Shown: positions 45,286 to 54,303 of the stretch, one piece after another
How the letters are laid out: every line of letters begins with the position of its first letter
Numbering within the stretch: the stretch's first letter is position 1
From: a virus
Taxonomy: Duplodnaviria > Caudoviricetes
IMG/VR virus record: IMGVR_UViG_3300021959_007005
Strand: one strand, 5' to 3'
DNA length: 64,000 nucleotides
Notes under the pieces: generated by a model
The model's database searches: none
What the model was told of the DNA's origin: nothing
What the model saw: the letters and a program-made list of their open reading frames with translations, nothing else
Program-made: the position numbers and the translations under genes

Positions 45286-46071
45286 ATGACAGAGAAATAT
45301 AAAATACAAATCGTTGCACCTGGTCGAACTGGCAGTACTTTTCTTCATCAAGTTTTAAGTGATGAATTGGTGGGCGATAGTGTATATCGTTTCAATGAGC
45401 CAATTGGAGTACCTTATGACGATCTACTATTAGGAGGAGAACTTTTCGACGAAGAGGATTTATCTGATGCACAATATGTTATTGAAAATTCAAAATTTTT
45501 CGATTCGTTAAACAGTGACAATGTAGTGGTAAAGAATGTAGTAGTGCCACTAAAAGAAATGAAAGACTCCCATCCTATTTTATGGGAAGAATACATAAAA
45601 CATAATTGGAATACTGTAATACTATATAGACAAGATCTTTTTTCTACAATAATTAGTTACTGTATAGCAGAATATAAAAATAAAAATGATGATGACATTA
45701 ATCATTTTCAAACTCATACTGCTAAACTAAGCAACCAACTTACATTTGATCAAGAATACTTTACTGAAAAGTTTATGTTCTATGTAGAACAATATAAGAT
45801 TCTTGTAGAGTTTATGAATGAATTTAAAAACCACATTGTATTAGCATATGAAGACTTTTCAGATGATCATGTTGATATTAAACGTAAAGTGCATGGGTTT
45901 GCAGATTTAAATAACGAAGATCAAGTACAACATGTTTTGACAAAAAATATTGATAATAAAGATATGATAGAGAACTATGAAGAATTACATACTTTATTTT
46001 TAACTTTAGTAGAAGAATTTATTGTTGATGGAATTGAAATATCTGAAGATGGAATGTTAAGTATAGACTAG
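45286..46071 (+). CDS. sulfotransferase-like P-loop protein
   Basis: APGRTGSTFL PAPS-binding loop, FNEP, ILYRQD..IS, YED. Confidence 0.65.
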   Translation: MTEKYKIQIVAPGRTGSTFLHQVLSDELVGDSVYRFNEPIGVPYDDLLLGGELFDEEDLSDAQYVIENSKFFDSLNSDNVVVKNVVVPLKEMKDSHPILWEEYIKHNWNTVILYRQDLFSTIISYCIAEYKNKNDDDINHFQTHTAKLSNQLTFDQEYFTEKFMFYVEQYKILVEFMNEFKNHIVLAYEDFSDDHVDIKRKVHGFADLNNEDQVQHVLTKNIDNKDMIENYEELHTLFLTLVEEFIVDGIEISEDGMLSID

Positions 46072-46073
46072 AC

Positions 46074-46997
46074 ATGAGTAAAGATATGACTTCTAAAAAA
46101 CAATGTGTTTTTTCTTGCTTTATAGATATATTTCAAGAGAACAGTGGCTTTTTCCTTCAGCAGCCTGTACGTTTTCCAGGTGAGTTTTTTCCTTATCAAG
46201 AAGAAACTTCTACTCAAGGATATAGAGGTAAACATACAGATTACGTATGTGCAAAACAAAATGCGTATGCAGACCATGTAGGAGCAGACTACAAGTTTTT
46301 TAACGATATAGATTTCTTAAACAGCCTTTGGGAAAAACATAATTTAAAAAGAACTGGATTTGAAGATGTGTATCATTATGCATTTTTGCTGATAGATTAT
46401 CTTTTTAATGAACTGGGTTATGACCAAGTAGCTTATTTAGACATAGACGTAGTTCCGTTTATTTTTAAAAAAGATTCTTATAAATCTATTTTTACAGATA
46501 GTTATAAATTACAAGTAACTTATGACAAACCGAGATCTCCTAAATATGATTTACTTAATCAGTATTATAAAAGTAGGTATGAAGAACACTCTAGATATAA
46601 ACAGATCAGTAATTGTGTACAGTGTAATACAGGTGTGGTTTCATTTGACAAAACATTTTGGAACAAAACTAAATTTTTGTTAAGATATATACAATGTCAG
46701 CAACATGGATTTAAAGCAGATGACGAAGTATTATTTTGTGAAGTAATTTCACAATTAGCAGAATACGATTCTCTCCCAGAGTTACTTAACTGGTCTAGTA
46801 ATATCATAGTAAGAAATAATTCTGAATTGGACCATGCGATATTTGATAAATCAAAATATGATTGGTTACCAATTAGCTTCATCCATTTCACAACATCAGT
46901 GGGTAAAGATTTTTTATGTTCTATTGCTGACAATACAGATAATACAATGGAAAATAGAATAGATCGTGTAATAGATTTTTATAAAAAAATAAGTTAG
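46074..46997 (+). CDS. GT-A glycosyltransferase-like protein
   Basis: YLDIDVV (DxD), CNTGVV, DDEVLF, FIHF. Confidence 0.55.
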   Translation: MSKDMTSKKQCVFSCFIDIFQENSGFFLQQPVRFPGEFFPYQEETSTQGYRGKHTDYVCAKQNAYADHVGADYKFFNDIDFLNSLWEKHNLKRTGFEDVYHYAFLLIDYLFNELGYDQVAYLDIDVVPFIFKKDSYKSIFTDSYKLQVTYDKPRSPKYDLLNQYYKSRYEEHSRYKQISNCVQCNTGVVSFDKTFWNKTKFLLRYIQCQQHGFKADDEVLFCEVISQLAEYDSLPELLNWSSNIIVRNNSELDHAIFDKSKYDWLPISFIHFTTSVGKDFLCSIADNTDNTMENRIDRVIDFYKKIS

Positions 46998-47148
46998 TGA
47001 TAATTGGTAATGTATCAGTAACACAGGCGTTGCATATTTGCAACAAACTTTAGTTAACTTACTATGAAAGTTGACTTTTAACCAAGAAAGTGTTAAATAT
47101 ATATGAAGCAACTGATTACCAGTTGTTTTTTTTACGAACAGGGAAAAT

Positions 47149-47919
47149 ATGATGAATCGTGTATTAGCAATTTTAACAGCAGGCACAATGGTACTCAGTA
47201 CTAATGTATTTGCACAAGATGCTACAATCGGCGGAGAAGTTTCACTAGACTTTAGTGAACAGACTTCAGGCGACTGGGGCGGAAAAATGGGAGTCGACGT
47301 TGATGTTGACTCAGCATTAGGCGGCGTAGCACTGGACTTTAGTGCTACAGATGGCGGCAACCTAAAACTTGACAACTGGACAGTTGGAACGTCAGTAAGT
47401 GGCGTATCAATGGCATTTGGTGATGACAATAGTCTTATGCCAGGTGCAGAAGGCGAACAAACACTAGCAGCGCCAGCAATGACTGAATCACTACAATTAT
47501 CAGTAGGTGCAGCAAGTGTAGCAATTGGTTTTACTGACTGGACAAGCGATATCACAGATATCAGCAACGTTCAAGGTGCTTACACATTAGGCGATGTAGT
47601 AACAGCAAGTGTTGATATGAATCTCGATACAGATAATGTTGTACTAGGTGCGGAAGTTGCAGACCAAGATCTTGGTGTAGCATTAATCGGCGGCGCTGCA
47701 ACATATGACATGGATGCAGAAATGTTTGGCTTTGAAACAGTAGCAAAAACAGGTAGCATCGAATCTTACCTAAATGGTGATCAAGATGACCTATTACAGA
47801 ACATTGGTGCTGAGTATACATATACTATGTCTGAAGGTGTAGAATTTTCAGCAGGCACAAACTACAATTTGGATAGTGAAGATTTAACTCCAACAGTTGG
47901 ACTTAGCTTTAACTTCTAA
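47149..47919 (+). CDS. outer-membrane porin-like beta-barrel
   Basis: signal peptide (AFA-type), alternating strands, acidic, C-terminal VGLSFNF. Confidence 0.75.
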   Translation: MMNRVLAILTAGTMVLSTNVFAQDATIGGEVSLDFSEQTSGDWGGKMGVDVDVDSALGGVALDFSATDGGNLKLDNWTVGTSVSGVSMAFGDDNSLMPGAEGEQTLAAPAMTESLQLSVGAASVAIGFTDWTSDITDISNVQGAYTLGDVVTASVDMNLDTDNVVLGAEVADQDLGVALIGGAATYDMDAEMFGFETVAKTGSIESYLNGDQDDLLQNIGAEYTYTMSEGVEFSAGTNYNLDSEDLTPTVGLSFNF

Positions 47920-47941
47920 GTTAAAAACATAAAATAAATTA

Positions 47942-47963
47942 AGGCTCTTCGGAGCCTTTTTTT
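47942..47963 (+). terminator. intrinsic terminator
   Basis: aggctc-UUCG-gagcct plus T-run. Confidence 0.9.
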
Positions 47964-48042
47964 ACGGCTATCTCTTGACTTATACGGATAAGTATACTAT
48001 ATTAGATGTATAACAAATAACATAATGAGTTAGGATGATTAA

Positions 48043-48216
48043 ATGGCTGGATATGAACCATATATTGGATGTGCATTGGCATTATTAATATGTTACATGG
48101 GTTACCGAAAAGGAATTCGTGACGGCATTGAAGCTGCTATTGATGGGATGATAGCACAAAATGTATTAGCTATTGATAATAACGGTGAAATTACAGCTGG
48201 ATCTAAAATTAAATAG
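48043..48216 (+). CDS. 57 aa single-TM protein (not in ORF track)
   Basis: own TTGACT promoter, AGGA SD; MAGYEPYIGCALALLICYMGYRKGIRDG. Confidence 0.6.
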   Translation: MAGYEPYIGCALALLICYMGYRKGIRDGIEAAIDGMIAQNVLAIDNNGEITAGSKIK

Positions 48217-48238
48217 TAAATCAGAACTACTCGACTAC

Positions 48239-48268
48239 AAGGCATTACTTCGGTAATGTCTTTTTTTT
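48239..48268 (+). terminator. intrinsic terminator
   Basis: aaggcattac-UUCG-gtaatgtctt plus T-run. Confidence 0.9.
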
Positions 48269-48293
48269 GAGTAAATTTTAAATAAATACGATT

Positions 48294-48581
48294 ATGTTCA
48301 ACTGGTTTAAACCTACCCCAATTGATAGGAGTGATATTGATAGACTGGAACAGCGAGTACGTGATATACGAGGACGCATCTGGGAAGCACAAAATCCCCA
48401 GAAGCCAGTTCTTCCCACACCGAGGATGGACGAAACCAAAGAAATCCAAAGACTCCGTATCAAAAGTGCTGACCTCAGAAGAAGCCTTACTCAAGGACCA
48501 ACGGTATCTAAAGAGTCTCAAATCAAATCAGAAATCACAGAAGCAGAGAGACTCAAAGCAAAGCTCCTTGGAAAAACCTGA
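48294..48581 (+). CDS. hypothetical protein (overlapped by second long frame 48322..48642)
   Basis: TAAATA-N5-ATG; ends AERLKAKLLGKT. Confidence 0.55.
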   Translation: MFNWFKPTPIDRSDIDRLEQRVRDIRGRIWEAQNPQKPVLPTPRMDETKEIQRLRIKSADLRRSLTQGPTVSKESQIKSEITEAERLKAKLLGKT

Positions 48582-48670
48582 ACCAAAACAGCCAGAGCCT
48601 GCCAAGCCCAAAAAAGAAAAGTATAGCAGTCCTTGGGATTAGAAACTAATGAAAGATAAGTTAAAGAAAT

Positions 48671-49030
48671 TTACAAAGCCACAATAACATAAAACAAGTA
48701 ACAGACCATATGTGCAATTTGATCAATACTTTGCAAAGTCCAAAATTTCTGAGATTTCATTGTTAATTTCTTACGGTTTATGTAAGTTGTTTTTGCATAG
48801 TCTATAACAAAATGTAACACAAAATCTAGTAAAGAAAGGGCAATAGCAGTGGGCAGCCCTACTAGAACTAGTACTACTAATCCGGTCAGTACTGCATGGT
48901 CCAGAGCATGTAGATAATTTCTACTATCTTTAAGTGACCCCTTGTCTCCTTTATTATAATGTCGATGTTGTAATGCTAAGTCTGCTATTGCATGCTTTAT
49001 CATTAAGAGGAATAATAATATTGTACTCAT
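48671..49030 (-). CDS. DUF3307-family membrane protein
   Basis: KHAIADLALQ, LHALDH, HFVIDYAK, DQIAH. Confidence 0.8.
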   Translation of the reverse strand: MSTILLFLLMIKHAIADLALQHRHYNKGDKGSLKDSRNYLHALDHAVLTGLVVLVLVGLPTAIALSLLDFVLHFVIDYAKTTYINRKKLTMKSQKFWTLQSIDQIAHMVCYLFYVIVAL

Positions 49031-49103
49031 ATATAACTTTCTATTGACTATTTAATTATAGTAGTGTATTACTATATGTCTATTTAACATTAAATAAAGA
49101 ACG

Positions 49104-49196
49104 ATGAATCGTGATAGTGAGGACTACATAATTACTGATAAAAATTGGCGAGATGATCCGTGCGATGACTGCACACACTGGATTACAGGGTTATGA
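49104..49196 (+). CDS. 30 aa peptide with CxxC (not in ORF track)
   Basis: MNRDSEDYIITDKNWRDDPCDDCTHWITGL; stop abuts next ATG. Confidence 0.35.
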   Translation: MNRDSEDYIITDKNWRDDPCDDCTHWITGL

Positions 49197-49197
49197 A

Positions 49198-49395
49198 ATG
49201 TTTGATATATATCAAATAAAACAAACTTCAACAAGCAAAATTTTATATGAGTGTTTGCCGGATAAGGATACTGCATTAGCGATAATGGAGAAACTAATTT
49301 CCCGGAATAGCAGCCTTGCGGACGATTTAGAAATTACCACTGATTTTCAAGAGCCTGTGTATAATAAAACAAAATATGTTGACAAAGACTTATAG
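49198..49395 (+). CDS. hypothetical protein
   Basis: start moved to 49198. Confidence 0.5.
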   Translation: MFDIYQIKQTSTSKILYECLPDKDTALAIMEKLISRNSSLADDLEITTDFQEPVYNKTKYVDKDL

Positions 49396-49425
49396 TAGTG
49401 TTAAGTTAGTTTTATAGGAGAAAAA

Positions 49426-49599
49426 ATGTATAGTGTTGTTGATACCTCAAACAAAGTATTTGCTATGGCTAGTGAATTACATGATGCTATTGCATTATGT
49501 CAAGGTCCATTTAAAATTGATGAACCTCTACGACATGTTATTGACGATACTGGTAAGATGGTGTATCCAATTCAAGGAGAAGAAAATGAAAGTAGTTAA
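49426..49599 (+). CDS. 57 aa protein (not in ORF track)
   Basis: SD AGGAG, TTGACA promoter at 49379. Confidence 0.55.
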   Translation: MYSVVDTSNKVFAMASELHDAIALCQGPFKIDEPLRHVIDDTGKMVYPIQGEENESS

Positions 49600-50131
49600 A
49601 ACATTATTAGCAATGTCATTTTTGACAGTAGCAGGATGTACAACAATGCCATTGTCTGCAATGGCAAATAGTAGTTATCAAACACAGGGTATTGTAAAAC
49701 ATATTACACCAGTATATACTCAAGTACGACAACAACAGCCACAACAAAGTTGTCAAAATGTTGATGTACCAATTTACGGTCAAGCTGGCGGCGGTGATGC
49801 TGGTGCCAATGCACTTGCAGGCATGATTATTGGTGGATTACTTGGTAAAGGTGTTACTGGAAAAGATAAAGGCGCCGCTGCAGGTGCAGTAATTGGTGGT
49901 ATTGTAGGGGCCAATAATTCACAAGGACAGCGTGTAATTACTGGATATCGTACGCAGAGACAATGTAATACTACCTATCAATATGTTAGTACCAGGGTTA
50001 TTAATGAGTATGATATCACTTATAATATTGACGGTAGAAATGTTAGCTTTCGTGTTAACCGAGCACAAGGTGAACGGTTACGTGTAGGGCAATGGAAAAC
50101 CTTTCGTATTCGCTATCAAATGTTAAATTAA
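49586..50131 (+). CDS. glycine-zipper 2TM lipoprotein-like protein
   Basis: lipobox-like VAGC; GALAGMIIGGLLG..GAAAGAVIGG; start moved to 49586 with AGGAG SD. Confidence 0.75.
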   Translation: MKVVKTLLAMSFLTVAGCTTMPLSAMANSSYQTQGIVKHITPVYTQVRQQQPQQSCQNVDVPIYGQAGGGDAGANALAGMIIGGLLGKGVTGKDKGAAAGAVIGGIVGANNSQGQRVITGYRTQRQCNTTYQYVSTRVINEYDITYNIDGRNVSFRVNRAQGERLRVGQWKTFRIRYQMLN

Positions 50132-50179
50132 CATTTACGCTATACCGTAAGAAACAATAATTTACGCTGGAGAGTAAAC

Positions 50180-50530
50180 ATGAGTATGCATTTAGTTGGT
50201 CCATACATGACCACTACACAGTACAATCGTAAAAAGAAAAAAGTCAACGCCAAAACAATAAAGGCAAACGCAGAGCATGAAAAATGGTTAGCTAAAATGG
50301 GCGTGGGTAAATCTAAAACCAAACACACTAACGAAATACCTGATTACAGTACTACACAAGAAGTAGAGCTTAGTAATCAGATTGCTGGACATGGTCCTGC
50401 TAAAGAAAGTATGACATACAGTGGAGAGAGACAGTTACTTGGTATTGCCACGATGCATAAATCAAATATGGTTCCTATCTTCGCCGATAAAAAAGAAGAT
50501 GCAAAAGATATTGCGAGTATGAGACGATAA
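50180..50530 (+). CDS. conserved phage hypothetical protein
   Basis: YSGERQLLGIATMHKSNMVPIF. Confidence 0.6.
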   Translation: MSMHLVGPYMTTTQYNRKKKKVNAKTIKANAEHEKWLAKMGVGKSKTKHTNEIPDYSTTQEVELSNQIAGHGPAKESMTYSGERQLLGIATMHKSNMVPIFADKKEDAKDIASMRR

Positions 50531-50682
50531 TGAAATGGTGGGACTATCCAGTTTGCATATTCTTTGCCTTTAATCTTTGGATAAGTTTGTTATCTTTTAA
50601 CTTGCTTTCTTTAGCAATACATTGTATACTATGGATACAATATGAAAACTGGAGGAAAAATGCCAATTCACGCAATGATTGA
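50530..50682 (+). CDS. 50 aa membrane peptide (not in ORF track)
   Basis: MKWWDYPVCIFFAFNLWISLL..; TAATG coupling. Confidence 0.4.
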   Translation: MKWWDYPVCIFFAFNLWISLLSFNLLSLAIHCILWIQYENWRKNANSRND

Positions 50683-51202
50683 TTTAGAAACATTGGCAAC
50701 CGACCCACACTGTACAGTGCTGACAGTTGGCGGTGTTAAGTTTAATCCGAATAACGATAATGAACCATATGACGAGTTTTACTATAAATTAGATATTGAC
50801 GAACAAGACGCTCTTGGTCGAACAGTTACCGACTCAACAATTGAATGGTGGGGTAAACAAGATCCCAAAGTAAAAGAAGAAGCATTTGGTGATAATGGTG
50901 ACCGAGTTAGTATGGAGGCAATGTTAACTGCTCTTAGTAAATGGCTTGTTGGTGCTGATACAATCTGGGGGTGGGGATATGGATTTGATTTAACTATTAT
51001 TGAAGATATGTACCGATCAAAAGGTATTCCAATTCCTTATAACTTCTGGCAAGTAAAAGATGCAAGAACATTTATCAGTATATTGCCAAGTGATCCACGT
51101 AAAACTATGCAACAAGATTTACATAATGCACTTGCTGATAGTTACTATCAAGCAAAAGCAATTCAAATAGCACATCAAAAACTACTATGTGTACAGCAAT
51201 AA
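50660..51202 (+). CDS. DEDDh 3'-5' exo(ribo)nuclease (Rv2179c-like)
   Basis: MIDLETL, FDLTII, DART, HNALADSYYQA; GGAGG SD before 50660. Confidence 0.85.
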   Translation: MPIHAMIDLETLATDPHCTVLTVGGVKFNPNNDNEPYDEFYYKLDIDEQDALGRTVTDSTIEWWGKQDPKVKEEAFGDNGDRVSMEAMLTALSKWLVGADTIWGWGYGFDLTIIEDMYRSKGIPIPYNFWQVKDARTFISILPSDPRKTMQQDLHNALADSYYQAKAIQIAHQKLLCVQQ

Positions 51203-51211
51203 ATATAGTAC

Positions 51212-51271
51212 AGTGGACTAAAAAAGGATCGACCCACTATAAAGACTCCGCTCCTAACACATCATAAGGAG
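51212..51271 (+). promoter_or_regulatory. candidate pseudoknot switch in queD leader
   Basis: agtgg/ccact stem; loop AGGAuCG can pair CGcUCCU; CUCCU alternatively pairs SD AGGAG. Confidence 0.45.
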
Positions 51272-51276
51272 AAATT

Positions 51277-51729
51277 ATGGCTTATTATAGCACAAAAACA
51301 TACGGACACAACATTGGACTAAGTGCAGTATTCCGTCAACCACATGCAGATCATTCACATTGCAAGTTTTTACATGGATATAGTTTGGCATTCAAGTTTA
51401 CGTTTGGATGCGACGAACTAGATAACAAAAACTGGGCTGTTGACTTCGGTGGATTGAAGCCACTCAAGAAGTGGTTGGAAGATACATTTGATCACAAGAC
51501 AGTAATTGATCGTGAAGATCCATACTTATATAAGTTTTCTGAACTTGAGAGTATGGGGTTATGTGAAGTTACGGTTCTAGATGGAGTTGGTGCAGAAAAG
51601 TTTGCAGAACACGCATGTAAATTTGCAGATAAATTAATACGTGAAGCCACAGACAATCGTTGTTATTGTGTGAGTGCTGAATGTAGTGAACACGGCGCAA
51701 ACTCAGCAATTTATGAAATGGAGAAATAA
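51277..51729 (+). CDS. queD: 6-carboxy-5,6,7,8-tetrahydropterin synthase (QueD/PTPS family)
   Basis: HCKFLHGY, WAVDFGGLK, FDHKT, GAEKFAE, EHGANSA. Confidence 0.88.
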   Translation: MAYYSTKTYGHNIGLSAVFRQPHADHSHCKFLHGYSLAFKFTFGCDELDNKNWAVDFGGLKPLKKWLEDTFDHKTVIDREDPYLYKFSELESMGLCEVTVLDGVGAEKFAEHACKFADKLIREATDNRCYCVSAECSEHGANSAIYEMEK

Positions 51730-52178
51730 TGCCACATTTTCAAGTTAAAACTTATGGTGATGAGTATAATTTGTCAGTTGCATTTCGAGTATTCGAAAAT
51801 ATGGAAACTGAAAATCCAAAAAGACACCTAACTGGTCACACTTTAAACTTTAAAATTACAATTGCATGCCATGATGTTGATGAAAATCTTGAAGTTATAA
51901 GCAGTTTTAACTGGTTGGAAGACTGGTTATTCACCAGATGGCGTAACACTGTAATAGTAGACATAGCAGATCCTTATCTTGACGAGTTTCGAAATATGGA
52001 AAAGTTAGACCTGCTAAAACTTTTTGAAGTAGACGGCACTGGTGTACATGCGTTTGCAAAAGAAGTTCTGAGTTATGGAAGCATCTATATTAAAAGAAAT
52101 ACTGATAATCGTTGTTGGATTGCATCTGTAGAATGTACTGTTGGTAATGAAACTGGCGTATACATGGGCGATATATAA
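51729..52178 (+). CDS. degenerate QueD paralogue
   Basis: co-linear with queD (KTYG..LSVAFR, TDNRCW..EC) but lacks Cys, LHG, FDH and final Glu motifs. Confidence 0.7.
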   Translation: MPHFQVKTYGDEYNLSVAFRVFENMETENPKRHLTGHTLNFKITIACHDVDENLEVISSFNWLEDWLFTRWRNTVIVDIADPYLDEFRNMEKLDLLKLFEVDGTGVHAFAKEVLSYGSIYIKRNTDNRCWIASVECTVGNETGVYMGDI

Positions 52179-52190
52179 AGGAAAAATATT

Positions 52191-52484
52191 ATGAAATGGA
52201 TTAACAAACTCTTTGGTTATAATTCAACAGAATCTAATCAAAAAGAAGCAATGGATGAAGTAGTTAATGTATTTAAAAATGCCACGGCTACTAACGCATT
52301 GGTTATTAGTCCAAGAGAAAAAATTACTAACGAATCTAACAAACATACTGTACGTAGCTTAAATAAGTTAAATAAAAAACAGCTAATTGATCTAGCTACA
52401 GATGAATTGGGAATAGAAATAGATCAAAGAAATAAAAAAGTTGATATTATAAATCAGTTTTTAGCAGAAGCAAGTAAGGATTAA
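52191..52484 (+). CDS. hypothetical protein with HeH/Rho-N-like C-terminus
   Basis: LNKLNKKQLIDLA..LGIEID..K.DII. Confidence 0.55.
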   Translation: MKWINKLFGYNSTESNQKEAMDEVVNVFKNATATNALVISPREKITNESNKHTVRSLNKLNKKQLIDLATDELGIEIDQRNKKVDIINQFLAEASKD

Positions 52485-52490
52485 ACTTAA

Positions 52491-52847
52491 TTGACGTATA
52501 TTGTTAACGATGCTTGTATTTTGTGTAAGCATACAGATTGTGTAGAGGTTTGTCCTGTAGACTGCTTTTACGAAGGCGAAAACACTCTTGTAATTAATCC
52601 AGTTGAATGTATCGACTGTGGGGTATGTGAGCCAGAATGCCCAGAGGGTGCAATATTTCCAGATACTGCACCAGAATCTGAAGGATGGGTTGAAATTAAT
52701 CAAAGATATGCTGATATATGGCCAGTAATTACTGAAAAAAGAGAACCACTACCTGACCACAAATACTATGGTCCCAAAGGTGGTACATGGGATCCATTAA
52801 AATCAAAACTACATTTGTTCAGTAAAAATCCAGGAGAAGGCAGTTGA
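52491..52847 (+). CDS. fdxA: 7Fe/8Fe ferredoxin (FdxA type)
   Basis: [29 protein letters not shown]; TTG start. Confidence 0.93.
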   Translation: MTYIVNDACILCKHTDCVEVCPVDCFYEGENTLVINPVECIDCGVCEPECPEGAIFPDTAPESEGWVEINQRYADIWPVITEKREPLPDHKYYGPKGGTWDPLKSKLHLFSKNPGEGS

Positions 52848-53506
52848 GTAAAATTATTGTCGCATTAGATTATACTAATCCATTAGATGCATTAGAAATG
52901 GCGGCAAAATTAAGACACCATGTAGACGGATTTAAAACTAATCACACACTGTGGAGTCAAAGTGTTTACATTAAAGATTATACAGAAGGTAAAGAACTAT
53001 TTGTTGACTGTAAACTATGGGACACACCAAATACTGTAAAGCAAGTTGTACAGAAAATTGTAGACAAGGGCGCTACAATGACAACTATATGCACACACAA
53101 TAATGAAGCAGTATTTGAAGAACTTAAACAATTTTCAAATCAAATTAAACTACTGGGCGTTACATATCTCACCAGTTGGAGCGGCAGTGACTTGTTAAAC
53201 ATATTGCACTATTTGCCTAAAGGTGTAGACGCAATGTGGAGAGACAACATCGAACGAGTACAAAAGCACGGTTTTAGTGGTATGATATGTAGCCCTGCAG
53301 ACTTAGCAATAGTAAAGCCCTTAGCACAAGATATGATAACAGTCTGTCCTGGCATTGGAAGCAATAAAGGACAAGTGAGAGCAGTTACGGCCCAAGAAGC
53401 ATATAACATGGGCGCTGACTATTTGGTTATTGGTAGAACTATTACTGAAAGTGACGATCCTATTAGGGCTATTGAACAAATTAAGGAAAGCATGAGTTGC
53501 TCATAA
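52844..53506 (+). CDS. pyrF: orotidine 5'-phosphate decarboxylase
   Basis: [16 protein letters not shown] (DxKxxD), [20 protein letters not shown]. Confidence 0.92.
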   Translation: MSKIIVALDYTNPLDALEMAAKLRHHVDGFKTNHTLWSQSVYIKDYTEGKELFVDCKLWDTPNTVKQVVQKIVDKGATMTTICTHNNEAVFEELKQFSNQIKLLGVTYLTSWSGSDLLNILHYLPKGVDAMWRDNIERVQKHGFSGMICSPADLAIVKPLAQDMITVCPGIGSNKGQVRAVTAQEAYNMGADYLVIGRTITESDDPIRAIEQIKESMSCS

Positions 53507-53528
53507 ATACTCCATAGAGGAGTACACA

Positions 53529-53975
53529 ATGAGTAAAGAAATTGAATTATATAACTTTCGGGTTAAACAAGTAACAAGAGTGGTTGACGGTGACACATTT
53601 GACTGTATACTAGATTTAGGATTCGACGTATTACTAGCAGGAAGAGTTAGGATGTTGGGTATAGATACTCCGGAGAGCCGTACACGAGATTTAGAAGAAA
53701 AAGCATACGGATTACTTGCAAAAGACTGGTTATATGAAAACATTAAAGGCGAAGAAATTATTGTGCAAACTGTAGTAGACAATGAAAAAGGTAAGTTCGG
53801 ACGTATATTAGGAACAGTACTAGTAGACGGAGTAGACATTAATGCTAAGATGATTACTGAAGGACATGCAACAGCATATCATGGACAGTCAAAAGATGAT
53901 ATTGCACAAGCACACTTAAATAACAGAGCAATGCTAACAGAGCGTGGCATTATACCAGAACCAATAGAGAAGTAA
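53529..53975 (+). CDS. thermonuclease (SNase) family nuclease
   Basis: VVDGDT, VRMLGIDTPE, KFGRILG intact. Confidence 0.9.
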   Translation: MSKEIELYNFRVKQVTRVVDGDTFDCILDLGFDVLLAGRVRMLGIDTPESRTRDLEEKAYGLLAKDWLYENIKGEEIIVQTVVDNEKGKFGRILGTVLVDGVDINAKMITEGHATAYHGQSKDDIAQAHLNNRAMLTERGIIPEPIEK

Positions 53976-53976
53976 A

Positions 53977-54288
53977 ATGCAGATACCATTAACAGTTACC
54001 GAATCAGCTAAAAGTTACTTGCAAGAAATGTTGCTACAAAACAAAAAGCAATATGTAAGGTTGGCAGTTCAAGGCGGCGGCTGTAGTGGATTTAAGTATG
54101 ATTGGGACTTTACAGATGAGCCAGAAGGAAAAGTAATAGACGATATTCTAGAACTTGATCCAATGAGCGAAATGTTTGTTTTCGGTTGTACAGTTGATTA
54201 TATAAGAGAACTTGGCGGCAACTATCTAGTTGTCAAAAATCCAAACGCGACAGCTTCATGTGGCTGTGGCGAAAGTTTTAACGTTTAA
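53977..54288 (+). CDS. iscA: HesB/IscA family Fe-S assembly protein
   Basis: GGGCSG, NPNATASCGCGESF. Confidence 0.92.
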   Translation: MQIPLTVTESAKSYLQEMLLQNKKQYVRLAVQGGGCSGFKYDWDFTDEPEGKVIDDILELDPMSEMFVFGCTVDYIRELGGNYLVVKNPNATASCGCGESFNV

Positions 54289-54303
54289 CCATAAGAGGAA
54301 ATA

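Noticed and set aside
46914-47567. 217-aa minus-strand ORF and many similar antisense ORFs (e.g. 25318, 16022, 48102, 34913)
   Set aside because: Shadows of well-supported + strand genes; no SD or motifs.
49433-49585. Track's N-terminal extension of the glycine-zipper gene
   Set aside because: Region is better explained by SD-led ORF 49426..49599; signal peptide begins at 49586.
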